A stretch of DNA of 64,000 bases, from positions 523 to 64,522 of the IMG/VR virus record IMGVR_UViG_3300024255_000023; one strand, given 5' to 3'. Both the position numbers and the translations under genes were made by a program. Below are positions 39,080-48,690 of the stretch, piece after piece. The DNA is from a virus. Lineage: Duplodnaviria > Caudoviricetes. Numbering within the stretch: position 1 is the first letter of the stretch; the number at the start of each line of letters is the position of its first letter. The notes below the pieces were generated by a model. The model was not told the DNA's origin. It ran no database searches and saw nothing but the letters and a program-made list of their open reading frames with translations.

Positions 39080-40878
39080 GCCAGTGGATAGCAGGAATAA
39101 CACGTGGTCATAATGGCGGTGTGTGTTTGCTTAAAGACGGTGAAATTGTATTCGCTATAGAAGAAGAAAGACTAAGTCGTCAAAAGTATGACGGCGGTCC
39201 ATATGCAAGTATGATTAAGATACTTGAATATACTGATAAATTAGATTATATATTCGTTGCACATACACAAAGTTTAGAAGAATCAGCGGCAACAGTTGAT
39301 TTTACAGGCGACAATGTGTATACAGGTCTAGCACGTAAACTAGGCTTGATTGAACGAGGTCCAGATGTAAACAATTGGGAACATCCTCAGGTTATTGATT
39401 TATCAAGAATACATCATAAATTACATGCAGGCTGTGCATTTTATCGTAGTGGATTTGACAAGGCAGTAAGTGTTATTGTAGACGGCGCTGGCACATTTAT
39501 TCCAATGAACATTAGTGGCACTGATACTACAGTTTGGGAATTAGAGTCAATCTTTACATGTGCGTACCCAGATAACTTTCATACAGTATACAAACATTTA
39601 GGTGGTAATGGACCGTATATATCAATGCGAGATCCGGCTATGACAAGTGAATGGTTTATGGAAGACAAAGAAACACATGAAGCTATTATTGATGACACTG
39701 CTGGTATTGTTAAAACATACGAAGCAGTAACACAGTATTGCGGATTTCAATCAATTGAAGCAGGTAAAACAATGGGGTTATTTCCATATGGAAAACCTAA
39801 TGATAATATTCCTCCATTGTATACTGATGCTGGCGGCGCTTGGAGATCGTCAGATAGAAACGTTATTATTCCTACATATCCAAATGGTGCGTTAGTTAAT
39901 GAAGGACGGTTTAACGAACTAGTTACACCTGAGAAAATTGACGACTTGACTAAACTACAAAGTAGAAGAGATCTTGCGTATGCTGTGCAAACAGAAAGCC
40001 AAGCAGAAGTATTGCGGTTAATACGTAAGGCTGTGGAAACAACAGGACATAAGAATGTTGTACTTAGTGGCGGGTATGGGTTAAACTGTGTTGCAAATTA
40101 TTGGTACTTAAAAGAACTAAAAGACGAAGGTATTAATTTATACGTTGAACCTATTTCTAGTGATGCTGGTACTGCTATCGGTGCAGCAATGATGGGATAT
40201 CATTCACTTACTAAAAGTACTACACAACGGCCCTTTGGTGAAAGTTTATACTTAGGTCCTGAGAATACATATTCAAGAGACGAAATTGAAATGTTAGCGT
40301 TACAATACAATGCCGATGTTACTGAAGCAACAAATGAAGATATTATTAAATTAATTACTGAAAAGAATATTGTATCATTATTTCAAGGACGATCAGAATC
40401 AGGCCCACGTGCATTAGGTAACAGAAGTATACTTTATGATCCAACTGATCCAAATGGCAAAGATCATGTTAATAGAATTAAACGTAGAGAATACTTCCGT
40501 CCGTTTGCTGGTACTATACTAGCTGAACATGCAGAAGAATGGTTTGATATGCGTGGAATGAAAGATTCACCACATATGATGTATGCTATGAATTGTCAAG
40601 AAGGTGTAGCAGAAAAGATTCCGAGTATTATACATGTTGATGGCACATGTCGTATACAAACAGTAACTAGAGAACAGAATGAAGTTTATTATGATTTAAT
40701 CAACGAGTTTTATAAACAAACAGGCGTCCCAATTATATTTAATACATCATTTAATTTAGGCGGCGAGCCATTAGTAGAAACATTAGATGACGCATTTAGA
40801 ACTCTTGCTAATAGTGGAATTGAGTACTTGTACTTGCCTGAACATAATGTGAAAGTGTCTATTAAAAATGATAGATAG
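39076..40878 (+). CDS. carbamoyltransferase (NodU/CmcH family)
   Basis: AIEEERLSRQK, HHKLHA, VIVDGAG, EAGKTMGL, LSGGYGLNCVAN, SESGPRALGNRSIL, KRREYFRPFA, HVDGTCRIQTV, NTSFNLGGEPLVET. Confidence 0.92.
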   Translation: MSQWIAGITRGHNGGVCLLKDGEIVFAIEEERLSRQKYDGGPYASMIKILEYTDKLDYIFVAHTQSLEESAATVDFTGDNVYTGLARKLGLIERGPDVNNWEHPQVIDLSRIHHKLHAGCAFYRSGFDKAVSVIVDGAGTFIPMNISGTDTTVWELESIFTCAYPDNFHTVYKHLGGNGPYISMRDPAMTSEWFMEDKETHEAIIDDTAGIVKTYEAVTQYCGFQSIEAGKTMGLFPYGKPNDNIPPLYTDAGGAWRSSDRNVIIPTYPNGALVNEGRFNELVTPEKIDDLTKLQSRRDLAYAVQTESQAEVLRLIRKAVETTGHKNVVLSGGYGLNCVANYWYLKELKDEGINLYVEPISSDAGTAIGAAMMGYHSLTKSTTQRPFGESLYLGPENTYSRDEIEMLALQYNADVTEATNEDIIKLITEKNIVSLFQGRSESGPRALGNRSILYDPTDPNGKDHVNRIKRREYFRPFAGTILAEHAEEWFDMRGMKDSPHMMYAMNCQEGVAEKIPSIIHVDGTCRIQTVTREQNEVYYDLINEFYKQTGVPIIFNTSFNLGGEPLVETLDDAFRTLANSGIEYLYLPEHNVKVSIKNDR

Positions 40879-41485
40879 TATTTTTGGTGCACCTATTTTA
40901 AAATGTGAAATGCCTGGGCACAACGAAATAAAAGAACAATTTTCATCTTTTATTAAAGACAGTACTGCATTTCAACATAGTAGTTCGCAGTGGGAATGTA
41001 ATTGCGAAACTACGCATAATTCGCATGAAGAAAATAATCAATTACCGTGGGATATATTTTATGAAAATGTGCAAGGACCGTTACAAGCGTACCTTAATTA
41101 CTTAGGTATGGCTCCAGATGATCTTAAAAATTTATCAGGAAGAGCCTGGGCAAACAAATATAGTCAACATCAACATCAAGACGTACATTCGCACGGTGGC
41201 GGAAATAATTTAGTTAGTTGTGCATATGTACTTGACTTGCCCGATAATGATCCTGATTGTGGACAGTTTATGTTTTACAATAGTGCATTGAATTGGTTTC
41301 CAACTCATATAACTGAAAGATTTTATGGTTCTGGAAATAACGGTAAATTATTTAATCCTTTAATGCAAGAAGGCGATATTGTATTTTTTCCAAGTAACTT
41401 AGATCACTATGTAACATATAATAAAACAGAAAAGTTGCGTGTATCTATTAGTGCTAATTTTGGTATCGATTTTCCAGCCAATTAG
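40868..41485 (+). CDS. putative 2OG-Fe(II) oxygenase (TIGR02466-like)
   Basis: WAN...HSH...SCAY...EGDIVFFPSNLDHYV...RVSISAN. Confidence 0.8.
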   Translation: MIDSIFGAPILKCEMPGHNEIKEQFSSFIKDSTAFQHSSSQWECNCETTHNSHEENNQLPWDIFYENVQGPLQAYLNYLGMAPDDLKNLSGRAWANKYSQHQHQDVHSHGGGNNLVSCAYVLDLPDNDPDCGQFMFYNSALNWFPTHITERFYGSGNNGKLFNPLMQEGDIVFFPSNLDHYVTYNKTEKLRVSISANFGIDFPAN

Positions 41486-42146
41486 CAACAGACATTAAAT
41501 CATCAAATATAATAGTTTTCTTTTTTATCTTTTGATTAGAAAATTTATTTAATTCTTTTATAGTTTCTAAACCGTAACCTGTTTTAACTAGTATTGGAGT
41601 TGCACCAATTTTAAATGCAGCTTTTAGATCGGATATTTTATCTCCAACAAAATATCCTTTCTTAAATTTAATAAATGAATTTTCTTCTTCGCATCTTTTA
41701 AACATACCAACATTGGGTTTAGCATACATATCATTACGTAAACTCGATGCACTATAATATAATGCATCAACACTTAAACAACCTGCTTCGCCAAGTAACT
41801 CAAACATATAGTCGTGTACTTTGTCTACATCAGATTCGGAAAACATTCCTTTAGCAATTCCGCCTTGATTAGTAATAATAGCAATTTTATGTCCCAGGCG
41901 TCTTATTTTAGCAACAGCTTCTAAGCTACCCTCGATTGGTACAAAATCTTTAACTTTATATGTATACTCGCCTTGATCAATATTAATAACACCGTCTCGA
42001 TCTAATCCTACAACAACTTTAGGTGCAATGTTGTCTGTACTATTGTAATAAGGTATTGGGTCGTCAGTACTGTAGCGTATATTACTCTTTTTTGTAGACG
42101 TTTTTGTTGTTTTAGAGTTGTCTGTACTCCAGTCTATTTTATACAT
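41454..42146 (-). CDS. gmhB: D-glycero-D-manno-heptose 1,7-bisphosphate phosphatase (HAD family)
   Basis: LDRDGVINID, ITNQGGIAKG, KPNVGM, VGDKISDLKAA, LVKTGYG; probable start at ATG 42146. Confidence 0.85.
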   Translation of the reverse strand: MYKIDWSTDNSKTTKTSTKKSNIRYSTDDPIPYYNSTDNIAPKVVVGLDRDGVINIDQGEYTYKVKDFVPIEGSLEAVAKIRRLGHKIAIITNQGGIAKGMFSESDVDKVHDYMFELLGEAGCLSVDALYYSASSLRNDMYAKPNVGMFKRCEEENSFIKFKKGYFVGDKISDLKAAFKIGATPILVKTGYGLETIKELNKFSNQKIKKKTIIFDDLMSVANWLENRYQN

Positions 42147-42705
42147 TAGAACATCCAAAGTTAAATGAAACAGAAGTACGAATTGCATTTTTACCACTTT
42201 GCATTACACAATGTTTCATGTATGAAGGGAATAATAACATCATACCTTTTTCAGGCCATATATCTTCGTATGCTACAGTGTATTCGGTCTTTTTATTATG
42301 TAAAACTAAATCACTATGTGGGTTTGTACTAAACAATCTAAATGACCCAGCATCCTCATTTGCTCTAACCCAATATGTGCCACTAATACCGTATATTCCG
42401 TGATGATGCATTTGATGACTATCATTTGGCAAATAATCTTGAGTCCAATATTTAATACGTATTTCAGGATCTATTTCAATACCTGTATGTTCTTGGAATT
42501 CAAGAGCACCTTCAATTGCCTGTTGGAAAAAGTCTGGTACTAGTTCATGTACTGGAATTTGCTTTTCCCAAAAATCTGTAGATACTGAATCGTTTTCTCT
42601 ACTAAGACTACCTAGTAATGGAACTATTTTTTCCTCCATTGCATCTGCAATTTCATCACTAAGTTTTATACGTAAGATAGGTATTGGAAATAAGTTTGTA
42701 AACAT
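42139..42705 (-). CDS. putative 2OG-Fe(II) oxygenase (TIGR02466-like)
   Basis: LFPIPI, HHH...ISGTYWV, GMMLLFPSYMKHCV, RTSVSFN. Confidence 0.8.
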   Translation of the reverse strand: MFTNLFPIPILRIKLSDEIADAMEEKIVPLLGSLSRENDSVSTDFWEKQIPVHELVPDFFQQAIEGALEFQEHTGIEIDPEIRIKYWTQDYLPNDSHQMHHHGIYGISGTYWVRANEDAGSFRLFSTNPHSDLVLHNKKTEYTVAYEDIWPEKGMMLLFPSYMKHCVMQSGKNAIRTSVSFNFGCSNV

Positions 42706-43317
42706 TTAAACTCCAGGACAACAGTCAAATGATATCGAAGTTCTAACAACATCATCATTTCTGCCAGATTCTACAGCATGTTTTATATACGAAGGGAATA
42801 ATAACAACAAGCCTTTTTCAGGCCATATGTCGTGATGTCCTTGTACAAATTTATTTAAAGGATTGCCTGCACGAACATACTCGGCTGTGTTGTTAGGATT
42901 ATAGAAGCGTATTGGTCCTGCATTTTCATTTGCTCTAATAAAATAGGTTCCGCTTATGCCATTTATGCCATGTTGATGTATGTCGTGTCTATCTTGTTTT
43001 ACATAATTTTGTGTCCAGTAACGGACTTTAAAATTAGGATTAACAAAATAGCTTGTTTGATCAGCATACTCGTATGCAGCTGTTCTTACTACGTCCCAAA
43101 AGTCAGGAACAATTTCATGCACTGGAATTTTGTTTTCCCAAAAATCTGTGTACATAGTATCTACAGAAATGTATTCATCACCAACTGAATCTAGTATAGG
43201 TGTGTTACGTTCTAACTTATCTAATAATGGAACAATCTCATTCTCCATTGTGTCGGCCATATCTTTATCTATATGATGCGTTAGTATAGCTACTGGGAAT
43301 AATTCTTTTATTTCCAT
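42706..43317 (-). CDS. putative 2OG-Fe(II) oxygenase, tandem paralog of 42139
   Basis: LFPVAI, HQH...ISGTYFI, GLLLLFPSYIKHAV, RTSISFD. Confidence 0.8.
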   Translation of the reverse strand: MEIKELFPVAILTHHIDKDMADTMENEIVPLLDKLERNTPILDSVGDEYISVDTMYTDFWENKIPVHEIVPDFWDVVRTAAYEYADQTSYFVNPNFKVRYWTQNYVKQDRHDIHQHGINGISGTYFIRANENAGPIRFYNPNNTAEYVRAGNPLNKFVQGHHDIWPEKGLLLLFPSYIKHAVESGRNDDVVRTSISFDCCPGV

Positions 43318-43704
43318 TTACTTACTTTCTATTTTTTGACTATCGCCAGGACCAATTCTATAATTGTCCTCAACACTATCAGCAGTGCTAACTTCAGTTA
43401 CACTTCCTTCTTTACTAACACAAATTAGCTGATGTGGTTGTAACGGAGGATTATGCCATGTTGCACCTTCGATTAATTCTTTTTCATATAATGTAGAATT
43501 ATCAGTATCAATATACGCAACTTTAAATATTCCACTATTTACAAACCAAGTTTCGTCTTTTTCTTTATGAAAGTGCATACTTGTCTTAGCACCTTCTCTA
43601 TTAAATACCATTATCTTACCGCAGTAGTGTTCGTTGGTGGCCCATATCATTTCGTAGCCCCAGCCCTTATTTACTACACCGGTTAATCTAGTTGGTTGAT
43701 CCAT
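43318..43704 (-). CDS. cupin, sugar-phosphate isomerase-like
   Basis: KGWGYE...SMHFHKEKDETWFV...PHQL...EVST cupin motifs. Confidence 0.75.
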   Translation of the reverse strand: MDQPTRLTGVVNKGWGYEMIWATNEHYCGKIMVFNREGAKTSMHFHKEKDETWFVNSGIFKVAYIDTDNSTLYEKELIEGATWHNPPLQPHQLICVSKEGSVTEVSTADSVEDNYRIGPGDSQKIESK

Positions 43705-44509
43705 TAATATATTCCTCTACTGTTTCAAATTCAATTCCACTTGTTACTGTACTTAATTTTTTTATATCAGCGCAAGTGTATTCTTGATATTGTCCTTTTA
43801 ATTTATTAGGCATTGCTATATAGTTTATTTCTGCATTATATTTTTTAGCAATTGCTTCTGCCACTGTTTGAAAACTTGTTGCTTTGCCAGTTCCTGTATT
43901 AAACAGTCCTGACTTTTTATTATTTAATAGTTGTAAATGTATTTTACAAATATCATTAACAGATATAAAATCTCTTTTATATTTGTCACTATTTTCAAAT
44001 AATGTTATAGTTCCAGTTTCTGTAGCTTGGGTAGTAAACTTACTCACCGGACTCATCATATCATTTTTATGATCTTCAAACGGTCCAAATACATTAAAAT
44101 AACGTAATCCTTGAACTACAATATTATGTTTTTGCTGTTGCCATACCCATCTATCAAATAGATATTTACTGTATGCATATGGGCTCTGTGGTTGCTTAGG
44201 AGCGTCTTCGTTAAAGTCTGTATTAGTACCGTATACACTGGCACTACTAGCATATTGAAAGTTTACACCTTTAGTATTACATTGATGATAAAGCCATTTA
44301 GAAAACTCATAGTTTTGTAACATAACTTTGTCTACATCTGTTTCTGTAGTAGCAGAGATTGCTCCAAGGTGTATAACCCAATCAAATCCTTCTACTTCGG
44401 GTAAAAAATCATCCTGCCATTCGTATCCTGATAACTCAAAATTATCTTGTAAATAGAATGTTAAATTCTGTCCTACAAATCCTTTATGACCTGTTATTAG
44501 TATTTTCAT
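43688..44509 (-). CDS. hldD: ADP-L-glycero-D-manno-heptose 6-epimerase
   Basis: ILITGHKGFVG, HLGAISATT, YASSASVYG, YAYSK, RYFNVFG, YQEYTCAD. Confidence 0.88.
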   Translation of the reverse strand: MKILITGHKGFVGQNLTFYLQDNFELSGYEWQDDFLPEVEGFDWVIHLGAISATTETDVDKVMLQNYEFSKWLYHQCNTKGVNFQYASSASVYGTNTDFNEDAPKQPQSPYAYSKYLFDRWVWQQQKHNIVVQGLRYFNVFGPFEDHKNDMMSPVSKFTTQATETGTITLFENSDKYKRDFISVNDICKIHLQLLNNKKSGLFNTGTGKATSFQTVAEAIAKKYNAEINYIAMPNKLKGQYQEYTCADIKKLSTVTSGIEFETVEEYINGSTN

Positions 44510-45644
44510 CTCTTGCCTTTAAAATATCTGTTGTACTATGTCCTTTAACTGTAGGCACAATATAGACAGGTGCTAAATCGTGACCTACTACTTCTTCTAT
44601 TGTATAGTCGCCACCTTTAACAATTAAATTAGGTTTTATATCTTTAATTAAATTATAAGGGGTTTCTTCACTAAATTCAATAATTTCATCTACATACGGA
44701 ATTAATTCAAGTTGTTGTCTACGTATAGCAAAATTATTATAAGGACGATCGTTACCCTTTAAGTTCTGTATAGACTCGTCTGAATTTAATCCTACAATCA
44801 AATAATCACCTTGCGCTTTAGCTTCTTTAAGAAGTGTTAAGTGCCCAGTATGTAGTATGTCAAAACACCCGTTTGTAAATACTGTCTTTTTTCTAATGTC
44901 TTCAGGCGTTAGAACGTAAGTACCATGCCGCTTTACACTTTCGGTTGAACCAACAACAGCAATATCAAGACATTCTTGAAACTTCATTCCGTTTGTTAAT
45001 CCATAAACAAAAGAGGCAAGAAAACAATCTCCAGCACCAGTTACATCTGATACTTCAACTTTATTAGGTGTAGAGATATATCTAATTTTTTCAAATTCAG
45101 CAGTACATGTATTACCGCCGCTAGTGATAATTATATTACCTTCCCATTTATCAAACCCAAGATCAATAAATTCTTTAGCATTAGGTTTAACTAACCATGC
45201 ACCTTTATAATGATCTGCATGTCTTTTTGGATCAACAATAACTTTACAATTGTGCTTATTACAGTGTTTAATTATTCGTGGTGCAGCATCAAGCACACCT
45301 TTATTATAATCACTTAAAATTACATATTCAAAGTCAGACAAATCTAATTCTTCAATATCATCTGCAATACCGTCTCCGTTTGCAATAACATCTTGATCAA
45401 TACGTGTAATATAATGATTATCACTTAGCACTCTTGTCTTTATTGATTTTTCATCATCGTAATGAAGTTGTGTTACATGTACACCAAGTGATTCTAAGTT
45501 TTTAAATACTAAAGATGCACCACCGTACGACTCGTATTCGTTGGTTACATTTACAACAGGAACAGGTGCTTCAGGATTTAATCTAGTAGTAGTTCCATGA
45601 ATATATCTATCGATAATAATATCGCCAATGATTAATACTTGCAT
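44484..45644 (-). CDS. hldE: bifunctional heptose-7-phosphate kinase / heptose-1-phosphate adenylyltransferase
   Basis: RLNPEAPVPVV, LSDYNKGVL, VDPK, DVTGAGD (PfkB) fused to FTNGCFDILHTGH, VGLNSD, KGGDY, GHSTT. Confidence 0.92.
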   Translation of the reverse strand: MQVLIIGDIIIDRYIHGTTTRLNPEAPVPVVNVTNEYESYGGASLVFKNLESLGVHVTQLHYDDEKSIKTRVLSDNHYITRIDQDVIANGDGIADDIEELDLSDFEYVILSDYNKGVLDAAPRIIKHCNKHNCKVIVDPKRHADHYKGAWLVKPNAKEFIDLGFDKWEGNIIITSGGNTCTAEFEKIRYISTPNKVEVSDVTGAGDCFLASFVYGLTNGMKFQECLDIAVVGSTESVKRHGTYVLTPEDIRKKTVFTNGCFDILHTGHLTLLKEAKAQGDYLIVGLNSDESIQNLKGNDRPYNNFAIRRQQLELIPYVDEIIEFSEETPYNLIKDIKPNLIVKGGDYTIEEVVGHDLAPVYIVPTVKGHSTTDILKARDENTNNRS

Positions 45645-45650
45645 ATCTAT

Positions 45651-45679
45651 ATTATACTATACTCCGTTAGGTTAGTCAA
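45651..45679 (-). promoter_or_regulatory. sigma70-type promoter for the hldE operon
   Basis: TTGACT-17 nt-TATAAT on the minus strand, 6 nt before the hldE ATG. Confidence 0.75.
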
Positions 45680-46103
45680 GTAGTTTTATTACATCAATAA
45701 CTGTTTTTAATTTTGTAATATTACTCTTTCTATTTAAAGTGTTCATTAATCCGGAATGTAGGGGCTTTGGCCATTTTCCAAAACTAACCCACGCAAAACC
45801 GTCATGTTCGCTATTTAATTTTGGTAGGAAATCTTTTTCAATAACGCACAGATATGTATGGAAGTGAAACTTAGAGTCATTAGAAATAAAAGTTTCTAAT
45901 GGTATTGTTTTCTTAATATCTATTACGCCAATTTCTTCTTCAATTTCGCGACGCAATCCTTCAAAAGGACTTTCGCCCTCTTCATTACCGCCACCTGCAA
46001 GCCCCCACAGGTTATTACGTTTCCCATTTGCTCTATGCAAAAATAGAAATCTGTTTGATTCTAAAGAATAAATTAATGCGCCACTACAAACGATGTCTCT
46101 CAT
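45672..46103 (-). CDS. NUDIX hydrolase
   Basis: Nudix box GGGNEEGESPFEGLRREIEEEIG. Confidence 0.9.
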   Translation of the reverse strand: MRDIVCSGALIYSLESNRFLFLHRANGKRNNLWGLAGGGNEEGESPFEGLRREIEEEIGVIDIKKTIPLETFISNDSKFHFHTYLCVIEKDFLPKLNSEHDGFAWVSFGKWPKPLHSGLMNTLNRKSNITKLKTVIDVIKLLD

Positions 46104-46116
46104 ACTAATAATTATG

Positions 46117-47541
46117 CTAGTATGTCATTCTCCAAGTGCCGTTTGGATATTCGCCTTCGTATGACAATATCCAATTTTCGCCAGTCCATTTGTATTGAGT
46201 TTGTGTATTAAGATTAGTAACAAAAGTTTCGTTAGATACAGAACTAGCATCAAAGACTATGTGCCAACTTAATCCGTCCCATTCGATAATATCATTTTCG
46301 CTTGCAACAAAATTACTATTATCTTCATTTTTCCAAGCAATTGCTCCGTTGACATTTGATGCATCGCCGATACTACCTAGTAATAATAATCGAGTATTTG
46401 TTGAACTATCTTGAACTTGTCTTGGATCAAAGCGTGTAGGATCGATTATATATTCTATACTTCCTCTAGTACCGTTAGGCCCAACAATGTCACTATCTGA
46501 AGGTAATGAATCTTCATCAAGTGAAACAATTTGTAATTCTGTTTCATCTAATGTATTAATTTGAACAGTTCCGACAATCTCTAATCCTGTACTTCGTTGT
46601 AATCTAAGTTGTGTTACCCCTGCTTCATAAATAAATGGCTGTGCAATCATCCAGGCTGTCCATGAAGTTGATCCAACAACTCCGTTCTTTATTAGTTTAG
46701 CAACTCCGTCAATAAACACAATGTCATAATCTTGATATGTAGTAACAACTAATGCATCTTCATTAGTTAATGCTTGCCCGTTGTTAATTTTATCAGTTTC
46801 TTCATTTTCTTTAATTTTTTGTTCAACTAAACTTTGTGTATATGCGTTTTCGTCTATATTTACTTCTAGTCCGTTGTCTGCAAATATAGCTGTAATGATT
46901 TTAGTAATAACACCAAGTTTCTTAACTTTTGCCGGCGGACTAATAAAGATTGGTGTAGTTAATGTTATAGTAGCTACGTCGATCTCGTTTTCAGTACCAG
47001 TTGGGATTGATCTTGAAGTAAAATTAATATTATCCATATTTAACACACTTAGACTAGTCCAGTCAATATAGTTGTCTGTAGTTTGTATTTCTAAACTAGG
47101 ATTAAACAACATAAAAATTTGTTCGAGTATTTGTAATTTTTGATCTGTATTTGTACTCCAAATATCAACATTAACAGTAAGAGTATACGGAGTAGGCATT
47201 AAGCGTTCAACTGTATAATTTTTTCCTGCTTGATTTAAATATTCTTGTCCTGCACTATCATATGCACGTTCTCGTACGTTTAGTTTGTTTACGTAACTAC
47301 TATCAGCTAATCTTGCAGTATCCATTTCTAAATTAGTAATGTATACAGCCATACGTGGCGCACTAGGTATTTTGTTCTCGCTATTGTCACGTAAAATGCT
47401 TCCAACTTGCCTAGTTAAATCACCATACATAACTGGTACTTGTACTAATCTACCTTGACCATCTTTATAACTAAATTGTCCAAACAGACGTATAATCTGT
47501 GTCAAGTACCTTCTTATTTGTCCATCATAAAAATGTTGCAT
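46117..47541 (-). CDS. T4 gp15-like tail sheath stabiliser / tail completion protein with C-terminal extension
   Basis: HFYDGQIRRYL...VPVMYG...PRM...MPTPY...QILEQI...FNPS pattern; position next to the neck genes. Confidence 0.75.
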   Translation of the reverse strand: MQHFYDGQIRRYLTQIIRLFGQFSYKDGQGRLVQVPVMYGDLTRQVGSILRDNSENKIPSAPRMAVYITNLEMDTARLADSSYVNKLNVRERAYDSAGQEYLNQAGKNYTVERLMPTPYTLTVNVDIWSTNTDQKLQILEQIFMLFNPSLEIQTTDNYIDWTSLSVLNMDNINFTSRSIPTGTENEIDVATITLTTPIFISPPAKVKKLGVITKIITAIFADNGLEVNIDENAYTQSLVEQKIKENEETDKINNGQALTNEDALVVTTYQDYDIVFIDGVAKLIKNGVVGSTSWTAWMIAQPFIYEAGVTQLRLQRSTGLEIVGTVQINTLDETELQIVSLDEDSLPSDSDIVGPNGTRGSIEYIIDPTRFDPRQVQDSSTNTRLLLLGSIGDASNVNGAIAWKNEDNSNFVASENDIIEWDGLSWHIVFDASSVSNETFVTNLNTQTQYKWTGENWILSYEGEYPNGTWRMTY

Positions 47542-48644
47542 TAGTTATCCGCCTTTGGTCTAAGTGCTTTAGATAAACTTTGTCTCTCAGTAACTTGTTC
47601 ACCTGCAATATTGTTTGTACCAGTGTTATTAATAAAGTCGCCTTTTTGTGTATTTGTATTATCGTCACCATAAACAAATGCACGTTTAACATCATAAACT
47701 TTGTTCCATTTATTATTTTTATATTGAAATAATCGGTTAGGTAAAAAGTCTGTTCTTAAAAAATAGTCATTAGTTTGCGGATCACCCGGAAATGCTACGC
47801 CAAACCCAAATGCTTCACCATTAGGAGATATAGCATCGCCGATAATATATCCTCTATATCCTGCTCTATCTGGCGGCGCCATTTGAGACAAGCCGGAAGA
47901 ATCTTTAGTTTCAGTTAGCTCAACAATACCGTCATCGTCGACAGCAAGTGAAAAGTAATGACTAATGTCATACCCTGATTTTTCTACGTTAGTAGTTGCT
48001 TCACTGACTACCGCTTGTGCAATTTGCATTTCTTTTTCGTATGTAGATAAAATATCTCTAAGATTGTCTCCGCCTGGATCTTCTTCAACGGCAGGTAAGT
48101 CAAGTATGTCTTTGTATTCTTGTCCATCGTATATTTGTTTTAATTTTATACGATATAAGTGTGGGTACCAAGTTTGTGAAAACCCATCAGCTGAACGATT
48201 AATGTCTTCAACAACATAAAATCTTTTTAATGCTACAGATGCATCGTTTTCTGCATATTCATCTATTAAATGAGGAAGTTCAAATACATCGCCGGGCATA
48301 ATCTTTCTTCCCATTGTTTCAACTGTACCTCTTATGTGTACAGACATAAACAATGTATCATTGCTTAAGAATAAACCAAATTGACTTAGGTCAAAATCGT
48401 TATCCTGTACACTATAGATTCCTCTAATTCTGTAAATGTCTTTATCATACTTACGATCTCTATTTTCTAAAAATAGCATATCTTGTATTTGTGTATGATC
48501 TTTCGCGGTTGTCCCGTCATCTGTACCGATGTATTTGTATACATGGATATCAGTCCCGCCAATAGTAAACATCTCTAGAATCTGTTTATCTAGAAATTCA
48601 AAATCAGCGCCGCGTTCGGGTTTATATAAACTAAGTCTTGGCAT
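47541..48644 (-). CDS. T4 gp14-like neck protein
   Basis: QDMLFLENRDRKY...LSQFGLFL...GDVFELP pattern; start moved to ATG 48644 (MPRLSLYK). Confidence 0.7.
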   Translation of the reverse strand: MPRLSLYKPERGADFEFLDKQILEMFTIGGTDIHVYKYIGTDDGTTAKDHTQIQDMLFLENRDRKYDKDIYRIRGIYSVQDNDFDLSQFGLFLSNDTLFMSVHIRGTVETMGRKIMPGDVFELPHLIDEYAENDASVALKRFYVVEDINRSADGFSQTWYPHLYRIKLKQIYDGQEYKDILDLPAVEEDPGGDNLRDILSTYEKEMQIAQAVVSEATTNVEKSGYDISHYFSLAVDDDGIVELTETKDSSGLSQMAPPDRAGYRGYIIGDAISPNGEAFGFGVAFPGDPQTNDYFLRTDFLPNRLFQYKNNKWNKVYDVKRAFVYGDDNTNTQKGDFINNTGTNNIAGEQVTERQSLSKALRPKADN

Positions 48645-48649
48645 ATACA

Positions 48650-48669
48650 TATTTATCGCGAGATAAATA
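48650..48669. promoter_or_regulatory. back-to-back divergent late promoters
   Basis: TATTTATC-GCGA-GATAAATA inverted repeat gives GATAAATA on both strands between gp14 and gp13. Confidence 0.8.
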
Positions 48670-48690
48670 CTTGTACGGAGAACTTTGTAT

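Noticed and set aside
39076-40878. Carbamoyltransferase as part of a DNA hypermodification pathway
   Set aside because: Not excluded but disfavoured: no hydroxymethylase or thymidylate synthase homologue nearby, a late promoter, and a structural-gene context
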